A DNA stretch of 49,491 nucleotides from an uncultured Gammaproteobacteria bacterium (lineage in GTDB: Bacteria > Patescibacteriota > Patescibacteriia > Magasanikbacterales > GWA2-37-8), in NCBI GenBank assembly GCA_964640515.1, contig CAZXFG010000001.1:1-49491 (forward strand), written 5' to 3'. Below are positions 28,114 to 36,459 of the stretch, in pieces. A model generated the notes under the pieces. The model was not told the DNA's origin. It did no database searches and saw only the letters and a list, made by a program, of their open reading frames with translations. The translations under genes and the position numbers were made by a program. The number at the start of each line of letters is the position of its first letter. Positions within the stretch are counted from its first letter, which is position 1.

Positions 28114-28776
28114 TCAAATTTGGCTAAAATAGGCAAGTTTTCGTTCGCTGTGATAAATCATAAAATCGTGCACCGCGCGCCGCAGAGCTTGAACAAATTT
28201 TTTATCCAAGCCAATCGGCAAATTATTCCAATCGCTTTTTGCCAAAATAATTATCTGTTTTTTTATCATTGGATCCAAATTTTCGGCATAAACCAAATCA
28301 AAACCAAGCAGACTAAACAATTTAATTAAAAAATTATCCAAAAGCAACGGAGACACCTCTTTTGTCCCGTTTAAAAATTCCAAAAAATCAACCAACAAAT
28401 AAAAAATGTGTTTATCCGGCGCTCCGGGTTTTAACAGCTGGTCCAATAATCTCATTAAATATCCCACCAAAGAAATTTTATCCAGATCAAGACGAATATT
28501 TTTAAACATTTCTATTGGCTGGGCCCTGGTCAGATGAGTCATCCCTTTACCGCCTATAATATCCGCCTCTACCAAAAAACACGGCTCTAAATAGGCCGCA
28601 TTTTTACTGTTAATCTTCTTTACTCCGCGAGCCAGTACTTCCAGCTTGCCCTTTTCTACGGTGTATAAAGAGATTATTTGATCATTTTCCCTGAAGTCCC
28701 TGCGAGCAAGGATTATAGAAAGCATAACAAAATAGCTTTGAGCGACATTGTGGAGCTTTGAAAATAAATTGAACAT
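28114..28776 (-). CDS. recO: DNA repair protein RecO
   Basis: 220 aa. OB-fold N-terminus ILARRDFRENDQIISLYTVEKGKLEVLARGVKK. The start may be the internal ATG at 28725. Confidence 0.85.
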   Translation of the reverse strand: MFNLFSKLHNVAQSYFVMLSIILARRDFRENDQIISLYTVEKGKLEVLARGVKKINSKNAAYLEPCFLVEADIIGGKGMTHLTRAQPIEMFKNIRLDLDKISLVGYLMRLLDQLLKPGAPDKHIFYLLVDFLEFLNGTKEVSPLLLDNFLIKLFSLLGFDLVYAENLDPMIKKQIIILAKSDWNNLPIGLDKKFVQALRRAVHDFMIYHSERKLAYFSQI

Positions 28777-28782
28777 TTTCTA

Positions 28783-28835
28783 GCCAAATACTGCTGTTTG
28801 AGCCCCGATTTATCGGGGCGAGTTCAGTATTTGGC
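28783..28835. repeat. Palindromic element sharing a hairpin with copy 2 of the structured element
   Basis: Outer 11-bp inverted repeat GCCAAATACTG/CAGTATTTGGC. The inner GAGCCCCGA-ttta-TCGGGGCGAG has the same stem sequence as 31782..31807. Confidence 0.5.
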
Positions 28836-28884
28836 GTTAAAGAAAATTATCAATTTATCCAAAGCGGAACACCAGAGCGAAAAG

Positions 28885-29271
28885 TTATTTTGTTATGCTT
28901 TGTAGATAATCTTCAAGTATAATCATGGCTGATTTTTCATCCCGGCTAACACCCTCCCCCATTCTATCGGCTTGTTTTGAGCTAAACATTTCATTCATAA
29001 ATCCCACCGGCGCTTCTATCTGCCTCTTCAGCTCTTCAGCAAATTCTCGGATACGCGCCGTATTTTTATTTTCTTGGCCATTCAAGCTTATTGGCAAACC
29101 AACCACTACCTTATCTATCTTCTCCGCTTTTACCATTTGAGACAATTGTTCCACTTTAGTCTTATTTTTCTCATCCTTAATAATACCGTACGGTAAAACC
29201 ACGCCAATCCCGGTATCCACCCAGGCCAAACCGATGTTTTTTGTCCCAAAATCTACACCTAAAATATTCAT
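28885..29271 (-). CDS. ruvX: Holliday junction resolvase-like protein RuvX/YqgF
   Basis: 128 aa with the ILGVDFGTKNIGLA N-terminal RNase H-fold signature. Confidence 0.9.
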   Translation of the reverse strand: MNILGVDFGTKNIGLAWVDTGIGVVLPYGIIKDEKNKTKVEQLSQMVKAEKIDKVVVGLPISLNGQENKNTARIREFAEELKRQIEAPVGFMNEMFSSKQADRMGEGVSRDEKSAMIILEDYLQSITK

Positions 29272-29290
29272 AATCGTGAATCAACCTACA

Positions 29291-29683
29291 TTAATTACTT
29301 TTTTCGTGTTTTCCTCTCTTTAGATCGGCGCGAACTGCGTCAACTATTTGCCAGAACTCTTTCTTGTCATGAGGACATTGCGGATTATCTATAAAATCTC
29401 TTAAAATTTTATTTTCATCCAATCCTCCTCTCCTGGCAGTTTCTATTATTCCTTTTACTGTATTAAAGAACTCCCTCGCCCTGGTCTCATTTAAAGATTT
29501 AATTCGGCCAAGACTTTCCCTTGTACTTCTGTTTAAAGAATCCATCTCTTTTTGAACTACCTCTTCATCTTTGTGAGCGCTTTGTTCGGATGATTGATCA
29601 TCTTCAACAACCCCGGCTGGTTCATCTGATTTTCTTTTACCAAAAATACTGCCAATCGCATCCCAAATTTTTTTCCCTGCCAT
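29291..29683 (-). CDS. Hypothetical protein
   Basis: 130 aa ORF in the operon with map and ruvX. Charged and helical-looking, with no recognisable motif. Confidence 0.55.
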   Translation of the reverse strand: MAGKKIWDAIGSIFGKRKSDEPAGVVEDDQSSEQSAHKDEEVVQKEMDSLNRSTRESLGRIKSLNETRAREFFNTVKGIIETARRGGLDENKILRDFIDNPQCPHDKKEFWQIVDAVRADLKRGKHEKSN

Positions 29684-29705
29684 AAAATTTAATTTAGATT
29701 ATTAA

Positions 29706-30524
29706 TTAAATTATTTTTCTCTCACTTGGACGGCGTGTAGCCACCACACAACCCTTTTCCGCCACAATAACCGTGTGCTCATAATGAGCGCAAAGCGACC
29801 CATCAGCCATCACAATCGTCCAGCCATCGGCTCCGGTTTTCACTTTATAACTCCCTAACGCAATCATGGGTTCAATGGCTATCACCATGCCGGGTTTTAA
29901 AATAAATTTCTCCAATTTGGGATCATAATAATTAGGCACGCGAGGTTCTTCGTGCACCTCATGACCCACTCCATGACCCACCAAATCGCGCACAATACCA
30001 TATTTGCCCGCGGAATTCACATAATCTTCTATGGCTCGGCCAATAGAAGCCACGCTATTCCCCGGCTTAACGGCCCGAATACCTACCTCCAGGGCTGTCT
30101 GGGTCACTTTCATCAACTCCTTAGTTTTATCTGGTATGCTGCCAATAGCCACGGTAATGGCCGTATCCGTGAACAAACCACGCCCGGTAACTTTAGAGCC
30201 GTGTAATGGGTATTCCATGCCAATATCAATGCTAAATATATCCCCGTCTTTCAGTATGACATCCTTTTTTGCTATGCCATGCACTAGTTCTTCGTTCACC
30301 GAAGCGCAAATAGAAGTGGGAAAAGGTGTCTCTCCCGCCCGATTCACATAGCCCTTAAAAGCCGGCAATCCTCCGACTTTTAATATCATTTTTTCAGCCA
30401 CTTCATCAATCTCGGCCGTGGAAGCTCCGGGCTGACAAAGCTTAACCAGTTGGGCCACAATTTCTCCCAAAATCTTCCCGCCTTTTCTGATCTGTTGTAT
30501 ATCTTGTTTTGACTTGATAAGCAT
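29706..30524 (-). CDS. map: Methionine aminopeptidase, type I
   Basis: 272 aa. Pita-bread fold metal-ligand regions (DIFSIDIG, VGHGVGHEVHEEP, IAIEPM, HYEHTV). Confidence 0.95.
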   Translation of the reverse strand: MLIKSKQDIQQIRKGGKILGEIVAQLVKLCQPGASTAEIDEVAEKMILKVGGLPAFKGYVNRAGETPFPTSICASVNEELVHGIAKKDVILKDGDIFSIDIGMEYPLHGSKVTGRGLFTDTAITVAIGSIPDKTKELMKVTQTALEVGIRAVKPGNSVASIGRAIEDYVNSAGKYGIVRDLVGHGVGHEVHEEPRVPNYYDPKLEKFILKPGMVIAIEPMIALGSYKVKTGADGWTIVMADGSLCAHYEHTVIVAEKGCVVATRRPSERKII

Positions 30525-30533
30525 AATTTAATT

Positions 30534-31193
30534 TTACGCTGATGTCCGTTCAATTTCTTCCCAAACGCTTTCAATATTTTCCATGCCATCCACTTTTTTG
30601 AGTAAACCCAGCTTTTGATAATAATCAGCAATAGGTTGCAAGGCCTGATTGCCCTGCTCCACAATTCTTTTCCTAATCACCTGTTCATCGTCATCTTTTC
30701 GCACCATTAATTCACCCCCGCATTTCGGGCAAGCGATTAATTCCTTGGTGGCCGGCAACCAGGGGATAATCTCTCCGCATTTGGAACACATTCGCCGCTT
30801 GGTCAAACGATTCAAAGATTCTTCGTCAGTCAAAGCCACTTCTATGACCACCACTTCCTTGCTCAAATTCTTCTGGCCAAAATACTTTTGATATTCTTCA
30901 GCTTGAGCCACATTCCTAACGGCTCCATCCAACACCACCCCCCGCCCTTTATCCAAATACTCATCCATTTTACGAAAAGCCAAACGATAAATCAGCCAGT
31001 CGGAAACCAGCTTGCCGGATTTCATTTCTTCCAGAGCTTGTTTTTCCCTCGGGTCTGCTTGCGCGCCATTGGCTAGCGCGCGCAACAAATCTCCGGTGGA
31101 AATATGACCATAATGATACTTTTCCGCAATCCGCTTGGCTTGAGTGCCTTTTCCGCATCCGGGCGGGCCGATTAAGATAATTATTTTTTTCAT
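30534..31193 (-). CDS. adk: Adenylate kinase with zinc lid
   Basis: The track start at 31241 is a TTG. The ATG at 31193 gives MKKIIILIGPPGCGKGTQA. Lid cysteines CSKC...CPKC. Confidence 0.9.
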   Translation of the reverse strand: MKKIIILIGPPGCGKGTQAKRIAEKYHYGHISTGDLLRALANGAQADPREKQALEEMKSGKLVSDWLIYRLAFRKMDEYLDKGRGVVLDGAVRNVAQAEEYQKYFGQKNLSKEVVVIEVALTDEESLNRLTKRRMCSKCGEIIPWLPATKELIACPKCGGELMVRKDDDEQVIRKRIVEQGNQALQPIADYYQKLGLLKKVDGMENIESVWEEIERTSA

Positions 31194-31296
31194 AGCTGAT
31201 ATATTTTTATTCTCCAAAATGTTCTTTAAAATGATTGACAAAAGAAAGAAAAAATAGACATATTATATAAAAATATGGCTTAGATAAGGCAAAAAT

Positions 31297-31325
31297 ATTA
31301 TACCACCACCCTCCACTCTTGACAA
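31297..31325 (-). promoter_or_regulatory. Candidate promoter for the adk-map operon
   Basis: On the - strand: TTGTCA (31320..31325), 17-nt spacer, TATAAT (31297..31302). Its -35 box overlaps the -35 box of the divergent + strand promoter. Confidence 0.4.
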
Positions 31326-31347
31326 CTCTCTCTCTCTTTGCTATAAT
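31319..31347 (+). promoter_or_regulatory. Perfect-consensus sigma70-type promoter for an orphan + strand transcript
   Basis: TTGACA (31319..31324), exactly 17 nt spacer, TATAAT (31342..31347). Confidence 0.55.
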
Positions 31348-31402
31348 TAAATGTTCAAATATCTGCTATCTGCCAGAACAACCAGAACAAGAAGGAGGGA
31401 TA

Positions 31403-31537
31403 ATGTACTTTCTCAAATACCTGCCGGCCTCGGTGCCGCTCCTCATGGCCTTGGCCCTCTTCGGGGCCGATGCCGAAATGCTCTTCGTTGGAGGATGCAC
31501 GACCTGCATCCTCCTGGAATTGCAGCGGAGGGGGTGA
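31403..31537 (+). CDS. Candidate 44-aa hydrophobic mini-protein (alternatively part of a structured ncRNA)
   Basis: AAGGAGG lies 4 nt upstream of the ATG. Peptide is MYFLKYLPASVPLLMALALFGADAEMLFVGGCTTCILLELQRRG. By hand count, 36 of 44 codons end in G/C, unlike neighbouring genes. Confidence 0.35.
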   Translation: MYFLKYLPASVPLLMALALFGADAEMLFVGGCTTCILLELQRRG

Positions 31538-31617
31538 AAAGAGGACTCCTGCTCCCCAGCTCGAGTCCCCAAGAAGATAAATTTTGTCTTTTTAGGGACG
31601 CTGGAGAACAGACCCTA

Positions 31618-31643
31618 GATCCCCGTTTTCACGGGGATGACAG
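31618..31643 (+). repeat. Hairpin repeat with ATGACAG tail
   Basis: GATCCCCG-ttttca-CGGGGAT followed by GACAG. Confidence 0.5.
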
Positions 31644-31646
31644 ATG

Positions 31647-31683
31647 AAAAACCCCGTCCACTCGGACGGGGTTTTTGTTTTTT
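31647..31683. terminator. Strong bidirectional intrinsic terminator
   Basis: AAAAA-ACCCCGTCC-actc-GGACGGGGT-TTTTTGTTTTTT. It has a U tract in both orientations, ending the orphan + transcript and probably secY read-through on the - strand. Confidence 0.7.
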
Positions 31684-31685
31684 AA

Positions 31686-31739
31686 GGGATTCCTCGACGG
31701 AGTTTATCCCGAGCGTAGTCGAGGGACTCGGGATGACAG
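31686..31739 (+). repeat. Compound hairpin repeat with ATGACAG tail
   Basis: Interleaved arms CCTCGAC/GTCGAGG and ATCCCGAG/CTCGGGAT, ending in GATGACAG. Confidence 0.5.
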
Positions 31740-31750
31740 ATAGGATATAA

Positions 31751-31870
31751 AAAAGAGGAGATATTCTTGAGCAACATATCGGAGCCCCGACCTGGCGTCG
31801 GGGCGAGATCTGAAGTGCGGCTCGCCCGCAGGCGAGACGACACTGTTTGCGAAAGAGTATCTCCTCTTTT
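31751..31870 (-). repeat. Structured ~120-nt element, copy 2 (inverted relative to copy 1)
   Basis: Its reverse complement aligns with 26681..26767. Blocks CTTTCGCAAACAGTGTCG, CGCACTTCAGATCT and TCCGATATGTTGCTCAA are identical. Hairpins CTCGCC-tgcg-GGCGAG and GCCCCGAC-gccag-GTCGGGGC replace those of copy 1. It has its own outer stem AAAAGAGGAGATATTC/GAGTATCTCCTCTTTT. Confidence 0.65.
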
Positions 31871-31889
31871 AATTTTTTATAGGACAAAA

Positions 31890-33164
31890 CTAAATCCGGT
31901 CGTATTCATGCATGGTCACCTGCGCGTCCAGCTGTTTCGCCGTTTCAATGGCCACAGCCACCACGATGAGCAAGCTGGTGCCTCCCCAACGGAGAGCTTG
32001 ACTGCCGGAAGCGGTCTGTAAAATCAAAGGCAGAATAGCGATAACACCCAGGAATAAAGCTCCGATCAAATTGACGCGATTAACTGTATCGTGGAGATAC
32101 TTCTCGGTTTCTTTGCCCGGTCTGATACCCGGTATAAAACCGCCCTGGCGCTGTAAATTTTCAGCGATTTTTTGCGGATGAAAGATTACCGCGGTGTAGA
32201 AAAATGTAAAACCAAATACTAATAAGAAATACGCCACCGCATAGAAAGTCTGGTTCTGAAATATGCCAATCACCTGTGTGGCCGCGCCAACGATCCAATC
32301 AGTCTTGGCCCGGGTGAAAAACTGCGCCACCATGGGTGGAAACAAAATCAAAGAAATAGCGAAGATAATCGGGATAACGCCGGCCATATTCACTCGCAAA
32401 GGCAGATGGGAACTGGATCCGCCATAGGTGCGATTCCCGCGCACCTGCTTGGCGTAATTCACCGGAATGTTGCGCTGGCCTTCACTGATAAACACTACGC
32501 CCACCACGGTCGCCACCGCGATTACACCGAAAAAGATAAAGGTATAAAGGTCGGAAGGGTTATAGTTAATTAAGGCGTTCCTAACCGCTCCCGGAATACT
32601 GGCCACGATACCGGCAAAAATCAAAAGAGAGATGCCGTTGCCAATCTTCTTTTCCGAGATCAATTCACCCAGCCACATCAAAAACATCGTGCCGCCGCTG
32701 ATCGTAATCATGATAGTCGCCAATCTAAAAGTATTCAAATCGGTGATAATCGGGCGGGCTGAACCAGACAATAATTTAATCATGGCGTAGGATTGCAAAA
32801 AAGCCAAAGGCACGGTCAGCCAACGAGTATACATGTTGATTTTTTGCTGGCCATATTCACCTTCTTTAGATAATTCTTCCAACTTAGGCACGATCATGGC
32901 CAAAAGCTGGAAAATAATAGAGGAGGTGATATACGGCCCCACGCCTAACATGACTATAGAAAAATTCTCCATAGTGCCGCCGGAGAAAACATTAAGCATT
33001 CCCAAAATCTGATTACCTTCCAGAAACTGCCTTAAATTGGCCAGATTAACTCCGGGCACAGGAATATGGGCCACTAAACGAAAAATAACCAGCATGGACA
33101 AAACAAAAAGAATCTTATTTCTAATGTCATTAATCGCCCAAGCTTGTTTAATGCGATCCCACAT
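31890..33164 (-). CDS. secY: Preprotein translocase subunit SecY
   Basis: 424 aa, 10-TM pattern, N-terminus ...IRNKILFVLSMLVIFRLVAHIPVPGV. Confidence 0.95.
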   Translation of the reverse strand: MWDRIKQAWAINDIRNKILFVLSMLVIFRLVAHIPVPGVNLANLRQFLEGNQILGMLNVFSGGTMENFSIVMLGVGPYITSSIIFQLLAMIVPKLEELSKEGEYGQQKINMYTRWLTVPLAFLQSYAMIKLLSGSARPIITDLNTFRLATIMITISGGTMFLMWLGELISEKKIGNGISLLIFAGIVASIPGAVRNALINYNPSDLYTFIFFGVIAVATVVGVVFISEGQRNIPVNYAKQVRGNRTYGGSSSHLPLRVNMAGVIPIIFAISLILFPPMVAQFFTRAKTDWIVGAATQVIGIFQNQTFYAVAYFLLVFGFTFFYTAVIFHPQKIAENLQRQGGFIPGIRPGKETEKYLHDTVNRVNLIGALFLGVIAILPLILQTASGSQALRWGGTSLLIVVAVAIETAKQLDAQVTMHEYDRI

Positions 33165-33194
33165 AAAAATTAGATAATGTATATATCTTACACC

Positions 33195-33635
33195 CTACTT
33201 CACTTCCCCGCCAAGAGCCTTGATTTTTTCAGCCACAGTTTTAGTGGTCTTAATACCCGTCACAATCAACTTTTTAGTCAGTTCACCCTTGAACAATATC
33301 TTAGCCGTCTTAGCGTTGACGCCGATAATTTTTTTCTCTTTTAAAGACGCTATATCCACCGTATCCCCGGCTTTAAATACTTTGTCCAATTGACTCAAGT
33401 AAACCTCGGCCGGTTTTTCGGCTAAACTGCGGAATCCGCGCAACTTAGGAGTGGATTGCAACAACCTCTTAAAAGCTTTTAATCGCAGACCGCTGCCCCC
33501 GCCCGAACGAGCGGTTTGGCCCTTTCCGCCGCGAGTAGAAAAAGTGCCGTGCCCGGAGGCATTGCCGCGGCCGATTCTTTTCACGCGATGTTTAGCTCCG
33601 CGAGCCGGTTTAAGTGTGTGTGCTTGTAATTTCAT
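33195..33635 (-). CDS. rplO: 50S ribosomal protein L15
   Basis: 146 aa with RIGRGNASGHGTFSTRGGKGQTARSGG. Confidence 0.95.
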   Translation of the reverse strand: MKLQAHTLKPARGAKHRVKRIGRGNASGHGTFSTRGGKGQTARSGGGSGLRLKAFKRLLQSTPKLRGFRSLAEKPAEVYLSQLDKVFKAGDTVDIASLKEKKIIGVNAKTAKILFKGELTKKLIVTGIKTTKTVAEKIKALGGEVK

Positions 33636-33640
33636 AAAAA

Positions 33641-34222
33641 TTAAGAAGTTGTTTTCTTTTTAATTTTAACAATTTTATCGCTCGGATCTTCTACTTCTAT
33701 TTTTACTTGCACTTCCGGCGGGACAGGCGTTGCTTTGGTCGTATGCCTCTTGAATTGATTCAAAGCGTCAAAAGTGGCTTTAACTATCAAAATCTTGTCT
33801 TTTGTGCGGCTCAAAATCTTAGAAGACACATTGGGGATGCCGGCTAATTCCAAAACCGCGCGCACGGCTCCGCCGGCGATAATACCAGAACCGCGAGGAG
33901 CCGGCTTTAACATCACCCGAGCAGACTTAAATTTACTCTCCACCCAATGCGGTATGGTTTCATTAACAATCGGCACGGAAATAAAATTCTTTTTGGCCTG
34001 ATGCACCGCTTTTTCCACGCCTAACTGCACATCCTTGCCTTTGGCAACACCATAAGCCACTCTTCCCTTGCGGTCGCCCAAAATCACACAAACGCGAAAA
34101 CTCAAATGCTTGCCGCCTTCGGTGACACGAGTTACACGAGACAAATCCAAAATATATTGGTCAAAGGCCGGTTTTTCATCTTGTGGCCGACCGCCTCTTT
34201 TGTTGCGCATCATTTTATTCAT
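33641..34222 (-). CDS. rpsE: 30S ribosomal protein S5 (with C-terminal extension)
   Basis: The track start at 34249 is a TTG; the first ATG is at 34222 (MNKMMRNKRGG). S5 core RVTRVTEGGKHLSFRVCVILGD and GSGIIAGGAVRAVLELAGI. Start is uncertain. Confidence 0.9.
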   Translation of the reverse strand: MNKMMRNKRGGRPQDEKPAFDQYILDLSRVTRVTEGGKHLSFRVCVILGDRKGRVAYGVAKGKDVQLGVEKAVHQAKKNFISVPIVNETIPHWVESKFKSARVMLKPAPRGSGIIAGGAVRAVLELAGIPNVSSKILSRTKDKILIVKATFDALNQFKRHTTKATPVPPEVQVKIEVEDPSDKIVKIKKKTTS

Positions 34223-34308
34223 AATCGAAATGAGTGAGGAAACAATCAAATGTATTTGATTATTTTCGAACGAATGAGATTATACCGTAAATATACTTAA
34301 TATATATT

Positions 34309-34677
34309 TTAAAATTGTAAACCGCCGGCGCGAGCGCCTTCAGCTACGGCTTTCACCCGGCCATGATATTTATACCCGCCTCTATCAAACACCACTTTTT
34401 CAATGCCTTTGGCTTTGGCTTTCTCCGCAATCAATTGGCCCAACTTTAAGGCTGCTTCGCTCTTCTTCACACCCGGTTTGACGCCGGCTTCACGGCTGGA
34501 GGCATAGCATAAAGTACGCCCTGTCACATCATCTATCAACTGCGCGACCATGCCTCGCAAACTGCGGTATACTGACAAACGAGGGCGTTCAGCCGTGCCT
34601 TTCACCACTGCGCGCACTCTTCGGTGGCGTTGCGCGCGCAAACCTTCTCCGGCTTTATTGTTAATCAATCTTTTCAT
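34309..34677 (-). CDS. rplR: 50S ribosomal protein L18
   Basis: 122 aa with [23 protein letters not shown] and a [13 protein letters not shown] tail. Confidence 0.95.
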   Translation of the reverse strand: MKRLINNKAGEGLRAQRHRRVRAVVKGTAERPRLSVYRSLRGMVAQLIDDVTGRTLCYASSREAGVKPGVKKSEAALKLGQLIAEKAKAKGIEKVVFDRGGYKYHGRVKAVAEGARAGGLQF

Positions 34678-34695
34678 AAAATTTTTATTAGCTCT

Positions 34696-35247
34696 TTAAG
34701 CGGCAGATGACTTAGCAGCTGTTTTTCCGGCCTTTCGTCTCAATACTTCATCTAAATACTTAACGCCTTTTCCTTTATAGGGCTCCGGTTTGCGTAAAGC
34801 GCGAATTTCGGCCGCCACCGCCCCAACCAACTGCCTGTCTATTCCCTCAATGGTAATAATATTTTTTTCTACGGTAAACTTAATACCATCCGGAGCTTTA
34901 AAAAAAACAGGATGAGTAAAACCCAGTTCCAAATTTAAATCGGCGCCTTTCAAACCCACTTTGAAACCAACCCCGTTCACTTCCAATTGTTTTTTAAATC
35001 CCTGGGTCACGCCGGTAATCATATTCTCAATTAAACTGGAAAAGGTGCCCCACAAAGCGCGGTCATCGGTGCTTTTCTCATTGGCCACATTCACGCTAAT
35101 CTGGCCGTCTTTGATTGTTACGGTAACTCGCGGATGAATAACCAAAGACAACTGGCCTTTCGGTCCCTTTACCAACAGCTGATTATCTTTCAATTCAGCT
35201 GTAACTCCGCCGGACAGCGCCCTTACTTTTTTACCTATGCGTGACAT
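34696..35247 (-). CDS. rplF: 50S ribosomal protein L6
   Basis: The ATG at 35247 gives MSRIGKKVRAL. The track start at 35286 would overlap rpsH. Confidence 0.92.
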   Translation of the reverse strand: MSRIGKKVRALSGGVTAELKDNQLLVKGPKGQLSLVIHPRVTVTIKDGQISVNVANEKSTDDRALWGTFSSLIENMITGVTQGFKKQLEVNGVGFKVGLKGADLNLELGFTHPVFFKAPDGIKFTVEKNIITIEGIDRQLVGAVAAEIRALRKPEPYKGKGVKYLDEVLRRKAGKTAAKSSAA

Positions 35248-35270
35248 ATCTTTACGATTAGTTTTGAAAA

Positions 35271-35660
35271 TTAATAGATCTCGCAAAGCAACTCTCCGCC
35301 TACTTTGGCTCGCCGCGTCTCGCCATCGGTTAATATCCCCTTGGGCGTGGACAAAATGGCCAAACCAAAACCATTCAAAATTTTACCGATTGCGTCTTTT
35401 TTTACATATTGGCGCGCTCCGGGACGGCTAATTCTCTTCAAATGCCTGATGGCCGGTAAACCATTGTCGTATTTTAAATTCAGAATGATAACCGGATGCT
35501 TATCTTGAGCTGATTCGGCTTTGGCCAAATACCCCTCGCGCACCAAAATATTGGCAATGGTCATTTTAATTTTGGAATAAGGCAACACCACCTCTTTTTT
35601 TCGCACTTGAGAGGCGTTTCTAATCCTTGTTAACATGTCGGCGATTGGATCAGTCATCAT
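35271..35660 (-). CDS. rpsH: 30S ribosomal protein S8
   Basis: 129 aa starting MMTDPIADMLTRIRNA. Confidence 0.95.
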   Translation of the reverse strand: MMTDPIADMLTRIRNASQVRKKEVVLPYSKIKMTIANILVREGYLAKAESAQDKHPVIILNLKYDNGLPAIRHLKRISRPGARQYVKKDAIGKILNGFGLAILSTPKGILTDGETRRAKVGGELLCEIY

Positions 35661-35711
35661 ACTTATAATTTTGATTATCTTTATTTTTATTATTGAAATA
35701 AATGATATCTC

Positions 35712-35897
35712 TTACCAGCTACTCTTCCTAATGCCCGGGATTTTACCGGCGTTAGCCAATTCGCGGAAACAGATGCGGCACAAACCAAAATCCCTGATAA
35801 AACCATGCCGGCGTCCGCACTTCCAACATCTGTTAACGATCCGGCTGGAAAATTTTGGTTTACGATTAGATTTAGCAATTTGCGCTTGTGTAGCCAT
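35712..35897 (-). CDS. rpsN: 30S ribosomal protein S14, zinc-binding type Z
   Basis: MATQAQIAKSNRKPKFSSR...CWKCGRRHGFIRDFGLCRIC. The ATG at 35897 avoids overlap with rplE. Confidence 0.92.
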   Translation of the reverse strand: MATQAQIAKSNRKPKFSSRIVNRCWKCGRRHGFIRDFGLCRICFRELANAGKIPGIRKSSW

Positions 35898-35901
35898 AAA
35901 T

Positions 35902-36459
35902 TTACTTAACAAAAGGAAAACCCATGTGAGTTAACAATGCCTTGCCTTCTTCCTTGTTTTTAGCCGTAGTATTAACTATTATCTGCAGGCCATGAATTTT
36001 ATCCACGTCTCCGGATTTAACTTCCGGAAAAGCCATGTTTTCCTTAAAACCGATAGTAAAATTCCCTTGGCGATCAAAACCTTTATCTGAAATACCGCGG
36101 AAATCTCGCGTGCGAGGAAAGGTGACTCTTACCAATTTTTCCAAAAAATGAAACATCTTGGGACCGCGCAAAGTTACCACCACCCCGATCTCCATGCCTT
36201 CGCGAATCTTAAAATTGGAAATTGACTGTTTAGCTTTGGCGCGTACCGGCTTCTGACCGGTGATCCTAGACAAAGTTTTTTCCACATTATCAATAAAGCC
36301 GGCTTCTTTGACAAAACGGCCTACTCCGGAGTTTATCACCACTTTAGTTATTTTTGGCGCCTGCATAATGTTTGCATAACCAAATAACTTTTGCAAAACC
36401 GGCGCCACTTCTTTGACATATTTTTCGTGAAAATTTGCTTTCATAAACATTTTATTCAA
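35902..36459 (-). CDS. rplE: 50S ribosomal protein L5
   Basis: L5 core APKITKVVINSGVG. The start may be an internal ATG (36450 or 36444). Confidence 0.93.
   Translation of the reverse strand: MNKMFMKANFHEKYVKEVAPVLQKLFGYANIMQAPKITKVVINSGVGRFVKEAGFIDNVEKTLSRITGQKPVRAKAKQSISNFKIREGMEIGVVVTLRGPKMFHFLEKLVRVTFPRTRDFRGISDKGFDRQGNFTIGFKENMAFPEVKSGDVDKIHGLQIIVNTTAKNKEEGKALLTHMGFPFVK

Noticed and set aside
31354-31683. Possibility that the orphan transcript is RNase P RNA, SRP RNA, tmRNA or 6S RNA
   Set aside because: I looked for the hallmark motifs from memory: GAGGAAAGUCC for RNase P CR-I, the GGAA-tetraloop/AGCA domain IV for SRP, and a tRNA-like 5' GGGG plus 3' T-arm-CCA for tmRNA. None is present in the right order. 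A 6S-like end-to-end pairing is also not evident. This was done without covariance models.
26661-31870. Palindromic repeats as a CRISPR array
   Set aside because: The copies are kilobases apart and inverted relative to each other. There is no regular repeat-spacer periodicity and no cas genes in the window.
31351-31887. ORFs 31351..31647 (+), 31366..31572 (-) and 31615..31887 (-) in the secY-adk spacer
   Set aside because: The ATG at 31351 is only 3 nt from the -10 box. The others are composed of palindromic repeat units (…RFHGDDR, …VIPVKTGI type peptides), which read open on both strands by symmetry. None has an RBS.
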